DNA from: Euglena gracilis
Lineage: Eukaryota
Length of the DNA stretch: 64,000 nucleotides
Reading direction: 5' to 3'
Assembly: GCA_039621445.1 (NCBI GenBank)
Contig: CP154954.1
Location: 22,828,954-22,892,953, forward strand
Shown here piece by piece: positions 10,133-23,255 of this stretch. Positions within the stretch are counted from its first letter, which is position 1; every line of letters starts with the position of its first letter. The position numbers and the translations under genes were made by a program. The notes under the pieces were generated by a model, which worked only from the letters and a program-made list of their open reading frames with translations, searched no databases and was not told the origin of the DNA.

Positions 10133-13100
10133 ATGGAGGCGGGGAAGGCCCTGGGCAAGGGGCGGCTGGTGTTTCCGGAAATGGCCGCCGAAGCTGATGG
10201 GGAGGCGCGTGCTCGCCCTGCCCCTCCCTGCAGCATGCAAGTGCCTGCCGGGTGTACCTGGGCAGCCAGAATGTCACCGTTGAAGGCGCGTGGATTTGCA
10301 AAAATGGTGTTGGGCGGTGGAAGGTGGGAGTGAAAATATGGCATCAGGGGCGTCTGCTTTTTTTTAGAAGTGGCCTTTTCGGGTTCGCCTAATTAGGACC
10401 GACCAACGTTACCAACCTTTGGCCTTGACCACCCAGAATTCTTTTTGGATGCTTATCGTAAACTTCTTTCAAAAGTTTGGCATTGTCCGCATGCTGAGGC
10501 CCATGATCGAATTTTCCCCAAGTTTTCCTGTGTATGGAAAGCCAGCATTTTTTGAAAGGGATATATATATATATAATTACCATGCAACCTCCTGGTGGCC
10601 CACGCCATTGGCGAAAATGAGGAAAGCTTTTGCATTCCTCCACATCCGACAACCACCCCTGATCAGAGAACGTTTTCGGTTTTTTTTTTTCGCACCACCA
10701 AAAACCCCACCATCTCCAGTCTGACCATCTGTGTATCCAAACATCCCCAAACGCTTGGTTGGCGAAAAGGTCACTCGCAGTATCTAGGTGGAGCGCTCGA
10801 GACCTTCTCAATCCATACACAGTGTTCAAATTATGGAAGCAGCAAGTGAAAAGGTTTTCGTACTTTTCTATGCTCCAGGCTGGGACACCTCTGTCGTTTG
10901 CCAAGAAGCAAAACGATTTTTTTGGCAGCTTTTCTTAGCACAGGGCTGGCTTTTTTTTTGTGCTGTACCCCCCCCCCCTATGTCCAACGACCCCCTATGT
11001 CTAATCCCCCCCCCCCCCCCCGGTCAGAGGACACCTTTTCGGAGGTTTGACCAAATTTTTGGTCCCGGCGCAAAGCGCCGGGACGAAAAATTTTGCCCAA
11101 AAATTGGCCAAAAATTTGGCCAAAATGCCATTTTTGACACTTTTTGGACAAAAATTTGTCAAAATCGCCCAAAATTTTCGGCGCAAAGCGCCAGAAGGGA
11201 AAATTTGGGCATTTTGGGGTGGGTGGGGACCCAGGCACCCACCAACTTTCTTTTGACCCCATGTCCAACGACCACCCCCCCCCCCCCCGGTCAGAGGACA
11301 CCTTTTTGGTCATTACCCTATGTCCAACGACCACCCCCCCGGTCAGAGGACAGAGGTTACCGGTCATTAGACATAGGGGGGGGTAAGCTATCAGTGAACC
11401 ATGTCTCAACCATGTCCCCTTTTTGCAGGGGGTGCTATTCCCATGCGACAATTGTGGGTCCGTAGTCAACTCCAACACCAGGACGGGTTGAGAGACCTCA
11501 TCCGAAATCGGGGTCTGAAGGAATCCCAATGTCGCCAACCCTGTGACCTCCCCCCTTGTCGAATTCCGCCTCCATTGAACGCAGGCTGGGGGGGGGGGTT
11601 GTCAGAGAGAGGGTGGAGTTGAAGAATTTATTGTCGGTTAGAATGAGGATTTGGTGCATGTGTGCACATGTGCATGTGCAATCGGGCAATTTTACGACAA
11701 AATCATCCATCATGAGAAGCGGATTGATGCATTTTTCTTCCCCGAGGGTCATTTGATTCAATAGAAAATGCAAATGAGAAGAAAATGAAGTAAAACTGTC
11801 TTTTGCAGCGATGGCAACTGCAAAGACCTCTCCTCATCATTCCTCACCCCAGGCCGACCTTTTGATTGGTCTTCCAGAATGAAAAGGGTTAGCAGGTAGG
11901 GGCCAGAATTCAATATAAGGAGTGCGCGGGTTATAGAGGGGGGTGTCCCCCCCTGGACCGGAGGGGAGGTCTGGACCAGCCCCCCCCTCCCCCCCCCTCC
12001 CCCCCCTGCCAAGGAGGTCCGGACCGATCCCGGGGGGGGGGGGGGGTACCCAGGGCCCCCAATAAGTAAGAAAGATCTTACTTCCGGCGCTTTGTACCGA
12101 AAATTTTGGCATTTTGGCCCAAAAAAGTCCCCGAAGTGGCACTTTTGGCAATTTTGGGGGGGACAAATTTTTTCAGCCCAGCGAAAAGCGGGCCAATGTT
12201 TGGTTGCCCGAACCGCACCACTGTTCAGGGGGGAGGGGGGTTGTCCACCCCACCCCTCCCCCTGCTCGACCAGGAGGGTCCGACTCACCCACCCCGTCTG
12301 CCCTTATGTCAAGCCCTGGGTTGGGGAAGGGGAGACCAACTCATCCCGCCCTGAGGGAGGCCTACACCAAACATTTGGAGAAGTGCATGATGAAGCGGAT
12401 GCGAGCATGCCGAAGCCGCCCCGTACCTCAGGGGGTGCCGGGATTTAAAACCTCGTTTTCTGTGGTCAATTATGTTCCACTGGCTTTTAATTCTTATAAT
12501 TGAATTGTGTTTGGGTTACGATTCACACATCTAGTTTTTCTAATTGTACATGCCGAAACATATTTTGTTTCATCTTCTCTTTTTCAAGAAGAAGAGCAGG
12601 ATTGCTCAATTCTGTCTCTTTATGCGATGGATTGGTCCTGGGTGGGTCTCGATTGCTCAATCTGGGTCTCGTCATGGGATGGAGCGATCCATCTCGTGGC
12701 CAGTGATTGGCCCGGCGACACGCCCTGCCCACGCTCAGCAACGTCCTCCAGATGGAGCCCCTCCGGGTCAGCCGGTCAACTAAGAAGAGCAGCCGCAAAC
12801 CAGTGCCGCGGCAGGTGTCCCCCTCCCTGCCTTGTCACCGGCTCACCGCCCGTGCACAGTGCTAGTCCCCGCCCGCCGCTCTGTCGGCGGTTCCAACCAC
12901 GTCTCTCCAGTGGTAACCCCTTCAATCAGACGGCCGCCTCCGGCGTCGGGGGAGCCCCTCCTATTTTTGGCCATTCATGATTATGATTTCCCCGAGCGGT
13001 CGTGTGTTGGTTGGCCAGGGACGTCCGAGCGGGGGGGGGGAGGGGTGCCTTAGGAGGAGGCTCGAGCTCCAACGTTCGAACTCGAGCCTCTTCGAACTTT

Positions 13101-14237
13101 TTTAAACCCCCTCCCTTACCCCCCAGGTTAAACAGCCTCCACAAACCACCTCCAACCCCTGCCATGGATGGGGGTGCAACGGTTTTGTCGATGGCGATCT
13201 GTGCGCTGTTCCGCCCAGTCGTCCCCGACGTCGGCCAACACGTCGCCGCGGACCAATCGCTCGGAGGGCAGTGCCAGCAGCAGGTCCCTCCGGCCCCCGT
13301 TTCGCCGGCGACCTGGAATTGCACCGGGTTCCAGCTCTTGCGTCACCAGATGCCCCAAAGGGTGCTGTGCCAATGTTTGCCTGCCACTCCTCCGTCCGCT
13401 TGAACCGTTTTAGAGCCCTGCAACTGTGCACGGTGGCATGGTTTGGCATAGTTCCCAATGTGTTGTGATTCCCCATCTTTTGGTCGGTTGATATTGCAGT
13501 CTGATCATTTGTTGTGGCCCCATCCAAATTGTTCAAGAAAAGATTGGTAAGTTATTTCAACTCATCTACCAATCAACAGGGTCTCGTTAATATTCCCCGA
13601 GATGAGCGATTTGGAGAACCCCCTCTTCGAAAGGGGATGTCTGAAGTGCTGATCAAAGTAAGAACCTGCTATCTGGCACCAGAGGGGCTCTCATCATTCC
13701 TTTATCAGGGAAGGTTAGTTGGCGGCCCAAAGAACTGATTCTGGCCCTTTAACCCGAAATTTTTGGAGTAACAGCCATCCTTCAAAATCCGGAAAAACAT
13801 TTTGTGGGTTCATCCACCTGTCGTTGATCGCATTTCATAATGACATCTTGACGCTTAACCCGATTCATGAGAATATTTTCATTTTCTCCGGTTTTGAGTC
13901 AGTGCAAGCAGAGCAGGCAATCGCCAATCTTTTCTCTCTGAAGGCTTCTGAAGCGGAAGAAGCCCAATGACGAGGAGGCGGATCCTTCAGTGGACCTGGA
14001 AGCCAGGCCACTCCATGACCCATTGAGTCATACACCACTTGAACTGAAGGCAACCAATTGAACCCTGAAGCGTGTCACGTGGTGGCATAATCTTTGGTGT
14101 TTCGGACAGCCCAGGGGAGGGGTATGAGGGGAGGGCGGTGAGTGAGTCGAGGCACAGACGGCGCCCTTTTGTGTTTTTGTTCAATTTTTTTGTTTTTTTT
14201 TTGTTTTTTTTTTTCTTGTCTTTTTTTTTTTTTTCTT

Positions 14238-14271
<34 letters not shown>

Positions 14272-14520
14272 TCAAGAGACCCGAAGAGAACCAGTGGTGG
14301 GGACGTTCATGCAACCCTCGACCCTCCCTTTTCCCCCACCAGCCAGCAGGCTGCAAATAGTCGACCGCAGCGACGCCGGGAAAGGGGTTTCCCCCCAAGG
14401 CATGCGGCGTCCGTGGCTGATGGGCGGGCCTGCCACCGATGGACAACGAGGACGAGGACGACCCAGCCCCGCCGTCCCCCAGCCAGCCCCTGGAGAGCCC
14501 CGCGCCCTTCGCCCAGGGGT
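10133..14520 (+). CDS. Candidate multi-exon gene with a C-x2-C...H-x3-C Zn-finger-like motif and Ser/Pro-rich exons (approx. 10133-10240, 11429-11457, 11809-~11850, ~12357-12402, ~12713-12813, ~13190-13282, ~14440-14518)
   Basis: GC-rich coding-like islands with AG/GT boundaries: MEAGKALGKG...SMQ|GVLFPCDNCG|DGNCKDLSSSFLT..EAYTKHLEKCMMKRM. Several joins are unresolved. Confidence 0.4.
10966..11385. mobile_element. MITE-like element, TA-flanked
   Basis: TA(c)ntatgtccaacgacc ... ggtcattagacata(g)nTA, with subterminal repeats tgtccaacgacc and ggtcagaggac. Confidence 0.75.
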
Positions 14521-15899
14521 GAGCCCCCACCGGCCTTGTCTCGCTGCCCCCGTCACCGCTGGGTGGCAAACGATGCAGCACAGCCGTAGGCTCCATTCCC
14601 TGTTCTAATTGGGCACCCACAGCTGTGCATGTCTACATACATATACCGGCACGCATCTGCTCCTGTGGCTGATGCCTGCGAGTGGAACAGCCACGTGAGA
14701 GAACAACCACCATTTGCATTTTGGGGGGGGGGGTTCATCCAGTGTTGGGCCTCTGCTGCGGTACACTGCTGACCTCCGGATTCCCACAGGGAAATTGTTC
14801 TGCGCAAGCAAGCTAGGGCCGGTCAATGGTGTCGTTTCGGGAGGCGGAGTTTTTTTTTCTTTTGGAACACCTGGGGTTTTGGGTGACCCTTCTGGAGCTT
14901 GATTCGGCACAAGATGCATTGCCCTTCCCATCCTCCATTCCTATCATAATTGCAGAAGATTAGCAGACTCACTCCATCGGCCAGAATGAGGTTAGTCACC
15001 ACTGGCCCCTTGTTCCGAAGGCACGGTTTTGACCAGGATGCAGCTGCGTTCGCACCCCCGGAGTTGCGCCACAGTGCTGGGGAGCCCCAAAAATGGCCAC
15101 GTTGATGGGAGGCCCATTTTGCTCCCTCTTCGGTGTGCTGCTTAGGTCACTCCCCCTGCCCGCCGCCTGCGGCGGCCCACAATGGTGGGCCCGCTTTGGA
15201 CTCGCACGCCGGGAGAGTCCCTGACTGGTCTTCGATTCTTCAAAAGGGGTGGGTTGGATTAAATGGGGACATGGGGTCGCTCGCCCACTGCGGAGATTCT
15301 GGGAACCAACTGTTGTAGCAACAACAGCAACGTACCCACAATGTGGGCAATATATGCTATGAAATTCACTGGTCACTAGCCGACCCCCCCCCTCAGATAG
15401 TTTGATTGACCCATTTTTTTTTTTAGAGTAATCGACTCGACTTTGGCCCGAACTCCCCTCTCCCCCTTTTCGGGACAATAAAAATATATATTCAAGTTTG
15501 CTTCTTGGAGAGAGACTCCTTCCTAAAGGTTTCTTTTTGCTTTTGCTGAATGCCACACCCCTCCAACAAGCACCTCAAGCCAAACTGCAATTTTTTTCTC
15601 ATTTTCAGTGTTATAAATGCAAGCACATTTCTTTTGTGGCTCAGGTTACAAAACAGGATGCCGATTCTCCGGGGGGGGGGGTCCTGTGCCGGTTAATGGC
15701 CAAAGGAATCTGGCAAGCACCTTGCAGTGTCGGTGCACAGAAAAGGACCCTGTCTTGGCCATTTTCGAGAAAATCGCCTCTGGTTGTCCGACTGACCCCC
15801 CCCCTGATGTCACCCTCACCCCCATGCCAGTGCCTGGCGGTGGAGGCGAGACCGCCCCCCCTGGAAGGGTTAGCCCCCACCCGCCTGTGCCTGACGAAG

Positions 15900-18800
15900 A
15901 GCAGTCATGACCGTCTGAAGGGCCCCTCGCTGAAGGTTGGCCCCACCGCCGTCCACACCGGCAAGCCCTTCCCCTGCGCGAAGCTCACGGTGCACGTCCA
16001 GCTGCGCCACCAGAAGGCGAGCGTGGACCTGCACTATGAGTTCGAGAACACGTCCAGGGGAAGCGCGCCACCATCTGTGTTCATGTGGGCTTCTCTTGCT
16101 CTGCAGCACAGAAGACATTTTATTCCTCCCCAAATATGAAGCTCCCCCCACAGGGGGGTTTGGTTTCGCCGCCCAAATGTACAGTTCCCCTCCCAAAGCA
16201 CCCCAACAGTGCCATTCGGGGTAGATCAAAAAAAATTGTGTGGATAATTACAAACGTTCACAATAATTTGTTTAATTTCCCCCAAAAAATGTGTATTTTG
16301 GGGGGAACCAGGAGGTGCACAAAATTTTGTACTGTAATAGAGGTACAAAAACTGTTATTTGATTCCAATTGAAGGCAGTGAACGTTTGTGGAGTCTGCCC
16401 AAAAATTTTGATTATCCCGGAAGTCCCCCGCGACGGTCCTGAATTCCCGCCCAAATATAAAGCCGGGGGTTTATATTTGTGGGACGATGCCATCTTTGTT
16501 TCCCCCCCCCCCAATTTCGGACCATTTTTTTTTAGTTTTTTTTTCCATTCTTTGGACCAGTGTGACTGCAAACAAAAAATCCGGGTCGCCCTTTTCCTCT
16601 GTCAACGGAACACCCCATGCGTGCCCCGCCCTCCACCCAGTCCCCAGCCCCTTCCTGGCATCGCTTTACCCCCTCCTTTACCCACCTGCCCCTGGCCCCG
16701 TTCCGAGAGGCGGAGCTCTACTTCCCCATCGGGGAGCTGCGCGCTTTCTCGGACTTTCATTGGCAGCTGAACGGCGAACCCTGCGTTGGGCAGGTCCGCT
16801 TCCTGTGCGCGCGAGCAACCCCCCCCCCCAATAAGTGTGTAATTATGTGCAGTGCCCAAATTATACGCAGTTCCTTAACAAGTGCGCACCACCAAAGGGT
16901 TTGAAACTTGGGCCCAAAGGTCACATCTCAGGTCGGAAAGTACACCCAATTACGCTGAAGGCACCCTGCCTTGTCGAAGCACAGTCAGTCCCCAGACATT
17001 GGAAGACTGTGAAATTGACATCACTCTGCTTGGCATCGAAGTGCAATTAAGTTTGTGAAGTGCTGTCAAGACTGAAAAGTGCACTGACTGCTCGCATGCT
17101 TGGCAAAAAGGGGAAAATGCAGAAGGGGGGGGGGGTTAGAAATTGTGTGATGGGAGGTGGGGGGGGGGGGAGGGGGATAAGGGTATGATTCAAATGATGA
17201 GAAACGTTTGTTAGATATGTGGTCCATATAATTGCTCGAGATGAGTTGCGTGCACCCTGAGCACAGCACCCCCCCCCCGCCGCCTCTCGCAGTTGTAGGA
17301 GGTGCCTCCGGAGGGCGACCAGTACGATATGCTGGGCGCGGCAGACCTCACTGAGGGCTCGCCCTCCTGATTAACTGGGGGGCCCCAGCTGCAGGCAGGG
17401 TGTCTCCAGGCTGCTTATTTGCCGTTCCTGCGAGATGAAGGCGAGCGGAAGAGAGTGTGTGGGTGGGTGGATTGGGTGGGGGGTGTGGGTGTGTGTGTGG
17501 GGGGGTGTGTGGGTGGGTTGGGTGTGTGTGTGTGTGGGTGGTGGTGGGTGTTGTGTGTGGTGTGTGTGTGGGGGGTGGGTGTGGGGGGTGTGGGGTTGGG
17601 GTGTGTGTGGGTGTGTTGGGTGTGTGTGTGTTGGGTGTGTGGGGGTGTGTGTGTGTTGGGTGTGTGGGGGGGGTGGGTGGGTGTGTTGGGTGTGTGTGTG
17701 TGGGTGGTGTTTATTGGGTGTGGGTGTGTGGGGTGTGCGGTGTGGGTGTGTGGGGGGTGGGGTGTGTGTGGGTGGGTGTTGTGTGTGTGTGTGTGTGGTG
17801 TGTGTGGGTGGGTGTTGTGTGTGTGGGTTGTTGTTGTGTCTGTTTTGGTGTTGGTGTGGGTGTGTTGTGTGTGGGTGTGTGTGGGGGGGGGGGTGTGTGT
17901 GTGTGTGTGTGGGTGTTTTGGTTGTGTGTGTGTGTTGGGTGTGTGTGTTGGGTGTGTTTGTGGGTGTGTGGTGTGTGTTGTGTGTGTGTGTGTGTGTGTG
18001 GGTGGGGGGGGTGTGTGGGGGGTGTGGGTGGGGTGGGGGGGGGGGGTGTGTGTTGTGTGTGGGGTTGTGTGTTGGTGTGTGGGTGTGTGTGGGTGGGTGT
18101 GGTGTGTGGGGTGTGTGGGTGTGGGGGTGGGTGTTTGGGGTTGGGTGTGTGTGGGTGTGGGTGTGTGTGGGTGTGTGGGTGTGTGTGGGTGGGTGGGGGG
18201 GGGGGGGTGTGTGGGTGGGTGTGGGTGGGTGTGTGTGGGTGGGTGTGGGTGGGTGGGTGTGTGTGGGTGTGTGTGGGTGGGTGGGTGGGTGTGGGTGGGT
18301 CGATGTGGGTGGGTGCTCTTCAGGGCGGTGAAGTTTTTATTCTCAAGGACCGCCCCTTGAGGACCGCCCTTAGACCCAAGGCGGCCAACGGGGTCCAGGC
18401 GTCAGGCATCGAACGGCTTTGACGCCCAGACGTCCGAAATGTCGAAAACACGGGGTTTTTTTTGCCATTTTTTCAGGTGGGTGATGCTCCAGGAATTCCA
18501 AAAATTGCTCCCCCCCCCCAAGGTCGGCCCATTGTTTCGCCAAAATACGGCCATTTTTTCCGCCCGTTTTCTTGTGGAGATTTCATCGAATGTGCTGGGA
18601 CGGGATTTCTTTTTGCTTCAGCTCCGCCCCGGTGCTCATGCGTCTCCGTCATTCCGCGTCGTGCTGTGCTCTGAAGCGGTGCACAGCGTGCGTCCCTTCG
18701 CGTGTTCCGTCTGCCTCCGCCTCCGAGAGCCGCCTCCACACGCGCCGGCCGCCCACCCTCCCTTCCGCCTCGGTCCCCGCCTGCCTTTGGGGCCCCCTGG

Positions 18801-20265
18801 CGCTGACCTCGAGCCCAGCACCACCACCGCCCTGGACGTCACCTTCACCTGCGCCCTGCTGGAGGAGACCGGCCGGCAGAGCTTCCTCCTCCCCATGTCC
18901 GTCCTCCCCATCGCCCCCCACGCGCCCATCGGCCGCGGCCACCCTCCTTCCCCCCTGCCGGGCGGTTTGCTGCCCCCAATGGGCCTAACGCCTTTTCTGC
19001 CCCCATTTCCCCGTCCCGCATTTTGTCTGGGGTTCCCCAGCCCCTCTCACCCGGCTCATTGGCTCCATCCTCTCGTTCCCCCCTACCCCCCTTAAGGGGA
19101 AGAGTCTGGGACGCCCCCCCCCCAACGCCGTCCAGGGCGGAACGGGGATCCCGCAAGCCCACCGGGTGGTGACACTCCCCCACCCCGATTGTGGTTGGGG
19201 GGTCCCCCCCCCCACCATACCTTCCCGGTTTTTCCACGGCGCCGATTTTTAGGTCGAAAATTCGTGAATGAATTTTTCTTTGCGCATTACCATGGTGAGG
19301 GGGGGGCATGGACGCTTCTGGGATTTCCTGTCTCAGCGCCTGAACACCCGAGTGCAGTATGGGTCATCCGGGGAAGAAAGCGTCGCTCCGTTTCTCCGTT
19401 TCTCGAAAATGGTGGAGGCGGCCAGCCTGGCCCGTGGGCGGCGGCAGAGCATCACGATGGACGTCCGGAGCATCCCACTGCCGAGGGGAGCACCCCATTG
19501 CCCCCCCCCCCCGACTCTCTCGAAACTGTCAAACAACCCCATCCCCCCCCTCCCGGAGGGGAATGGTGCGGCGTGGCAGTGGGATGGGCCAGATGCGGGA
19601 CCCCATCCGGCACGTCGGCTGCGTCAATCTGCCGTACGACTGTGGGGCACAGATCCAGCACAACGTCGCTCAGGTGGTGGTGCTGCAGCCGGAGGCCAGG
19701 GGTGCGCTGCGGTGTTGAGGGCTGGGTGGATGGTGGGGTTCCATTGTCGCAGACCGTTGCCATGCAACAGATCTCTCTCTCGCCACTGCTGCATGAACAC
19801 ATGTACACATGTGCAGGCACAGAAGACAACTGACGCGCGACATCACACTGCTGTGGAGTGAAATGAAACACCTCTTTGCTCAGCTGTCCTTCTCAAGTGG
19901 TTTCCCATAATGGAGCGTGAACGAAGGTGGGGTATTCGCCGCGGGTTTTGCAGCTCCGTTTATGTTGTTATTCTCTTGAATTCCTTCAATCTGCTGGGGT
20001 GCCATCTTATGATAAGTCCACCACAAGCAGAATTTTTGTGGTTCCGTTATTTGGGTCAACTCATGCGCAGTTGTGTGAATGTTCTCTGGCCCTTTTCCGC
20101 TGGTTGAGCCATTGAACGTTTTGGGTGCCGGCCGTTGGCATTCCCAACCAACTCAGCCCGGCAGCCTTTATGGAATCCCCTGCTGTGCCCTCTGCCTTTG
20201 ACGTTGTCACTGGAGGACCACCTCTTTGTCGTCACGGTGGAGTTCGGCACGCCGCCCAACGCCCG
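15900..20265 (+). CDS. VIT (vault protein/inter-alpha-trypsin inhibitor) domain protein, partial; exons ~15900-16051, 16700-16793, ~18760-18921, ~19448-19466, 19591-19701, ~20200-20265 (possibly also ~17300-17345)
   Basis: PFPCAKLTVHVQLRHQKASVDLHYEFENT|FREAELYFPIGELRAFSDFHWQLNGEPCVGQ...LEPSTTTALDVTFTCALL...FLLPMSVLP...SITMDV|QMRDPIRHVGC. This follows the VIT pattern (A-x-V...F-x-N...E-A..F-P; P.....L). No VWA domain is seen. Confidence 0.65.
16052..16699 (+). other. Intermediate-type intron (GT 5' end, nonconventional 3' end; 648 nt)
   Basis: Starts c|GTcCAGGGG and ends CCCCTGgcccc|g, with no terminal AG. The join ac+g = Thr keeps the VIT frame. Confidence 0.8.
17455..18315. repeat. ~860-bp almost purely G/T low-complexity tract (GT/GGGT)
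   Basis: Directly visible in the sequence. A similar tract lies at 48968-49400. Confidence 0.95.
19467..19590 (+). other. Nonconventional intron (124 nt) without CAG/CTG but with a perfect 12-bp terminal stem
   Basis: Starts c|ggagCATCCCACTGCC and ends GGCAGTGGGATGggcc|a. The join gives MDV-Q-MRDP. Confidence 0.75.
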
Positions 20266-21968
20266 CAGCCACAACCAGGCTGGACGGAACCCCAGCGACC
20301 CTGTGCGGCTCCCCCGCCCATCACCCAGAATTCCAAGGGATACCGGTTTTGAGTGTTGAGAAGAATCTGGCGTCTGGTACCTGGTATTTTTGTTGCAAAA
20401 TGCTATGGTCTGCAGGTTTCCCCCCCACCAGGCCTTTCCAATTCAGCCTGGGTCACGACTCATTGTTCATGCTACTCATCATGGTCAGTGAGGCCCTGAG
20501 GGTTTCCAGATTTGCGATGCGGGCATTGCATCAAAAAAAAATTTTTCGACATCTGGATTGCAGGCCAGAATATTATTTTGTGTGTGCGCGGCAGAAATAG
20601 CATCCCATCCCAGTGTGCAAAAGAAATTCAAATATTGTTGCATCCGCTTTTTTTTTGTGCTTCGTTTCCTGTTTTCCCCCACCATTTTCAGGGAAATGCA
20701 TTGCTGGCTATTTCTGTTCAGAAATTCTTCAAGGCCCGTCTGTCTCTGCTTACTGGCTTCTCGCTGGTTAGTTACCTCATCCTGGCTCATGCTCAGGGAC
20801 CCTTGGCAAGCTTGGGTTGTGTTGCCAGATGAATAAACATTTGATTTGATTTGATTTCATTTTGTGATTTTGAGTTGAAAGTGTCTGGAAGTTTCCAAAA
20901 AAAATTACATTGAATTTATTTGCGTTTCTTTTGCCCTCACATTTTAACATTGCATATTCAATGTGCATTTTTTTTGCATTCACCACCATTCTGGGGTTCC
21001 ATTCGATGTAATGGTGGTTGTGTGGTGCAATATGTGTGCGCTGCTGCGTGCATGCGTGCCACACCTGGATCCTTCACCATTTTTATGCTAACACAGGTTG
21101 TCCCTGCTGATGACCTTCCATAGCACAGTGCAGCACCCCTTCCTCCCGATTCCGTTGCTGTGGCGATGCCGTGCTCTTTCTCATTGCACTGGTTCACTTC
21201 AACTTCTCTGGTCACCCACGGCGAGGACGCCGGCCTGTTGGCAGCCTGCTTGGCCCCTCCTGCAACCCAACCGTGCAGCATACCACCTCCGCCTCCGATG
21301 CGATTTGGCGCCAGTACTGAGGAGCTGCTCATCTCAGGTTGTGGTGGACCATCACTAAAAAAAAAATGGCTTAAAGTGGCCTCAAATCAAATTTATAACG
21401 CAGTTTTGTGCCTGAAGGAAAACCTAAATCTGTGGTTTTTTGAAATCCTCCCTATCGGTCAAACGACTAAAATGGTCTAAAATGACATGAAAAAAACTAA
21501 AATGGCAAATTGAGCTGTTTTGAGCTGTTCGGCTTGGGCTTGGGCTGATTTTTTTTTGTGCTTTGGTTGAGTATTTAATACAAAAATTGCAGTTTTCCGG
21601 CCTTGCATGAATGCAAACAACAGTCCTTCTACCCACTTTTACACCGCATTTTTTATCATAATCCTGCAGAATTGCCGCATCAGTCCACATAATTTGGTAA
21701 CATTTGCCGCATCCCCCCCCCTGCAGGCACTCGCCACTTATTTCCACGCACAATGGACATCTTTGTCTTGGTCAAGGGATATTTGAACGTGAACAGCTGG
21801 TGATGGTGTTTTGAAAAGGTTTAGAGTTAAACAAAGAAAGTACTCTCAAATTTTTTATTTCCTCCCTGCAACAATCTCTTGTGTTACATATACATACATG
21901 TATGACACACACACACACACATATACATATATACATATATGTATGTATATATACATGGCGAGGGAGAA

Positions 21969-22038
<70 letters not shown>

Positions 22039-22060
22039 CACACACACACACATACATATA

Positions 22061-22152
22061 TATGGCAAGGGAGAACTTGCTCCCCTAGATTTGGGTTAGG
22101 GTTAGGGTTAGGGTTAAGGTTAGGGGGGGGGCACAAGTTCACCCCCGCCATA
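22061..22152. mobile_element. Tiny TIR element enclosing TTAGGG repeats, in (TA)n
   Basis: TATGGCaagggagaacttg ... caagttcacccccGCCATA (16/19 inverted match), with internal ttgggttagggttagggttagggttaaggttagggg. Confidence 0.75.
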
Positions 22153-22172
22153 TACGTATGTGTGTGTGTGTG

Positions 22173-22409
22173 TATAAACCCCCCCAAATAACCTGGCGGG
22201 GTCCCAACTCCTGGCGGGGGCCGAATAACTTGGCGGGGGGAGGGGCAAAAGAGATGGTTCCAGTAACTTGGCGGGGTCCTTTTTAGGCAAAATTCCTTTA
22301 CGCCGCTGAAAAAGTGGCCCAAATAACCTGGCGGGGGGGGGGGGGGGGGAGGGCCAAAAGTGGGTTCCAATAACCTGCACCCCGCCAGGTTATTTGGGGG
22401 GGGGTTATA
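22173..22409. mobile_element. MITE-like element, TA-flanked
   Basis: aa(c)naaataacctggcgggg ... ccccgccaggttattt(g)ntt, with repeated internal taac(c/t)tggcgggg. Confidence 0.8.
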
Positions 22410-22426
22410 TATATGTGTGTGTACAA

Positions 22427-22459
<33 letters not shown>

Positions 22460-22620
22460 TGTATGTATGTATGTATGTATGTATGTATGTATGTATGTAT
22501 GTATGTATGTATGTATGTATGTATGTATGTATGTATGTATGTATGTATGTATGTATATGTATGTGTATATATATATGTATGTATATGTATGTGTATATAT
22601 ATGTATGTATATATATGTAT

Positions 22621-22904
22621 ATGGTAGCTCCCAACTATATACCCCCCCTGGGGCCATATAGTTGGGACTAGGGGGGGGGGGTGGAGTTTGTTGTGTTAAT
22701 GATGGAGTAGGGTTAGGTGCGCGACTTAGGCTTAGGGTTAGGCCTAACTTGTACACCGAACACCCGTCTATAAGTTAGGCCAAACCCTAACCCTAAATCG
22801 CGCACCTAACCCTACTCCATCATTAACGCAAAAAAAATATCTTGACCCCCCCTCCCAACTATATGCCCCCCCCTGGGGGGGGGCACATAGTTGGGAGCTG
22901 CCAT
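22621..22904. mobile_element. Foldback (near-complete palindrome) element with telomere-like motifs
   Basis: atggtagctcccaacta ... tagttgggagctgccat. The arms gttaatgatggagtagggttaggtgcgcga and tcgcgcacctaaccctactccatcattaac are exact reverse complements. Confidence 0.85.
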
Positions 22905-22961
22905 GTATGTATATATATACATATATATGTATATATATGTATATATATGTATATATATATG

Positions 22962-23255
22962 TATGGCAAGTGTTAAGTTGAGTACCCCCCGGGGGGGTAC
23001 TAAACTTGACACCAGGTTGGGCACCCCCCTTAATTGAAGGTATAGGGTTAGGTGCGCACATGCTAATTTGCGCTAGTTGGCTATGTTGCGCTACATGGCT
23101 ATGTTGCGCAACATAGCCCTGTAGCGCAACGTAGGCAAGTAGCGCAGATTAGCATGTGCGCACCTAACCCTATCACTTGAATAACGGGGGTGCCCAACTC
23201 GGTGTCAAGTTTAGTACCCCCCCCCGGGGGTGTACTAAACTTAACACTTGCCATA
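22962..23255. mobile_element. Foldback element with telomere-like motif
   Basis: TATGGCaagtgttaagtt ... aacttaacacttGCCATA, with arms tagggttaggtgcgcacatgctaat and attagcatgtgcgcacctaacccta. Confidence 0.85.

Noticed and set aside
14165-14270. ~100-nt poly-T as the poly-A tail of a minus-strand retrocopy
   Set aside because: No TSD or element body is evident, and the adjacent GC-rich DNA looks like plus-strand exons.
17419-18422. ~300-aa Val/Cys/Gly/Trp ORFs in three frames
   Set aside because: They are translations of a G/T-only tract that cannot contain stop codons.
22090-22130. TTAGGG run as a true telomere
   Set aside because: It has only a few units, is internal, and is enclosed by TIRs.
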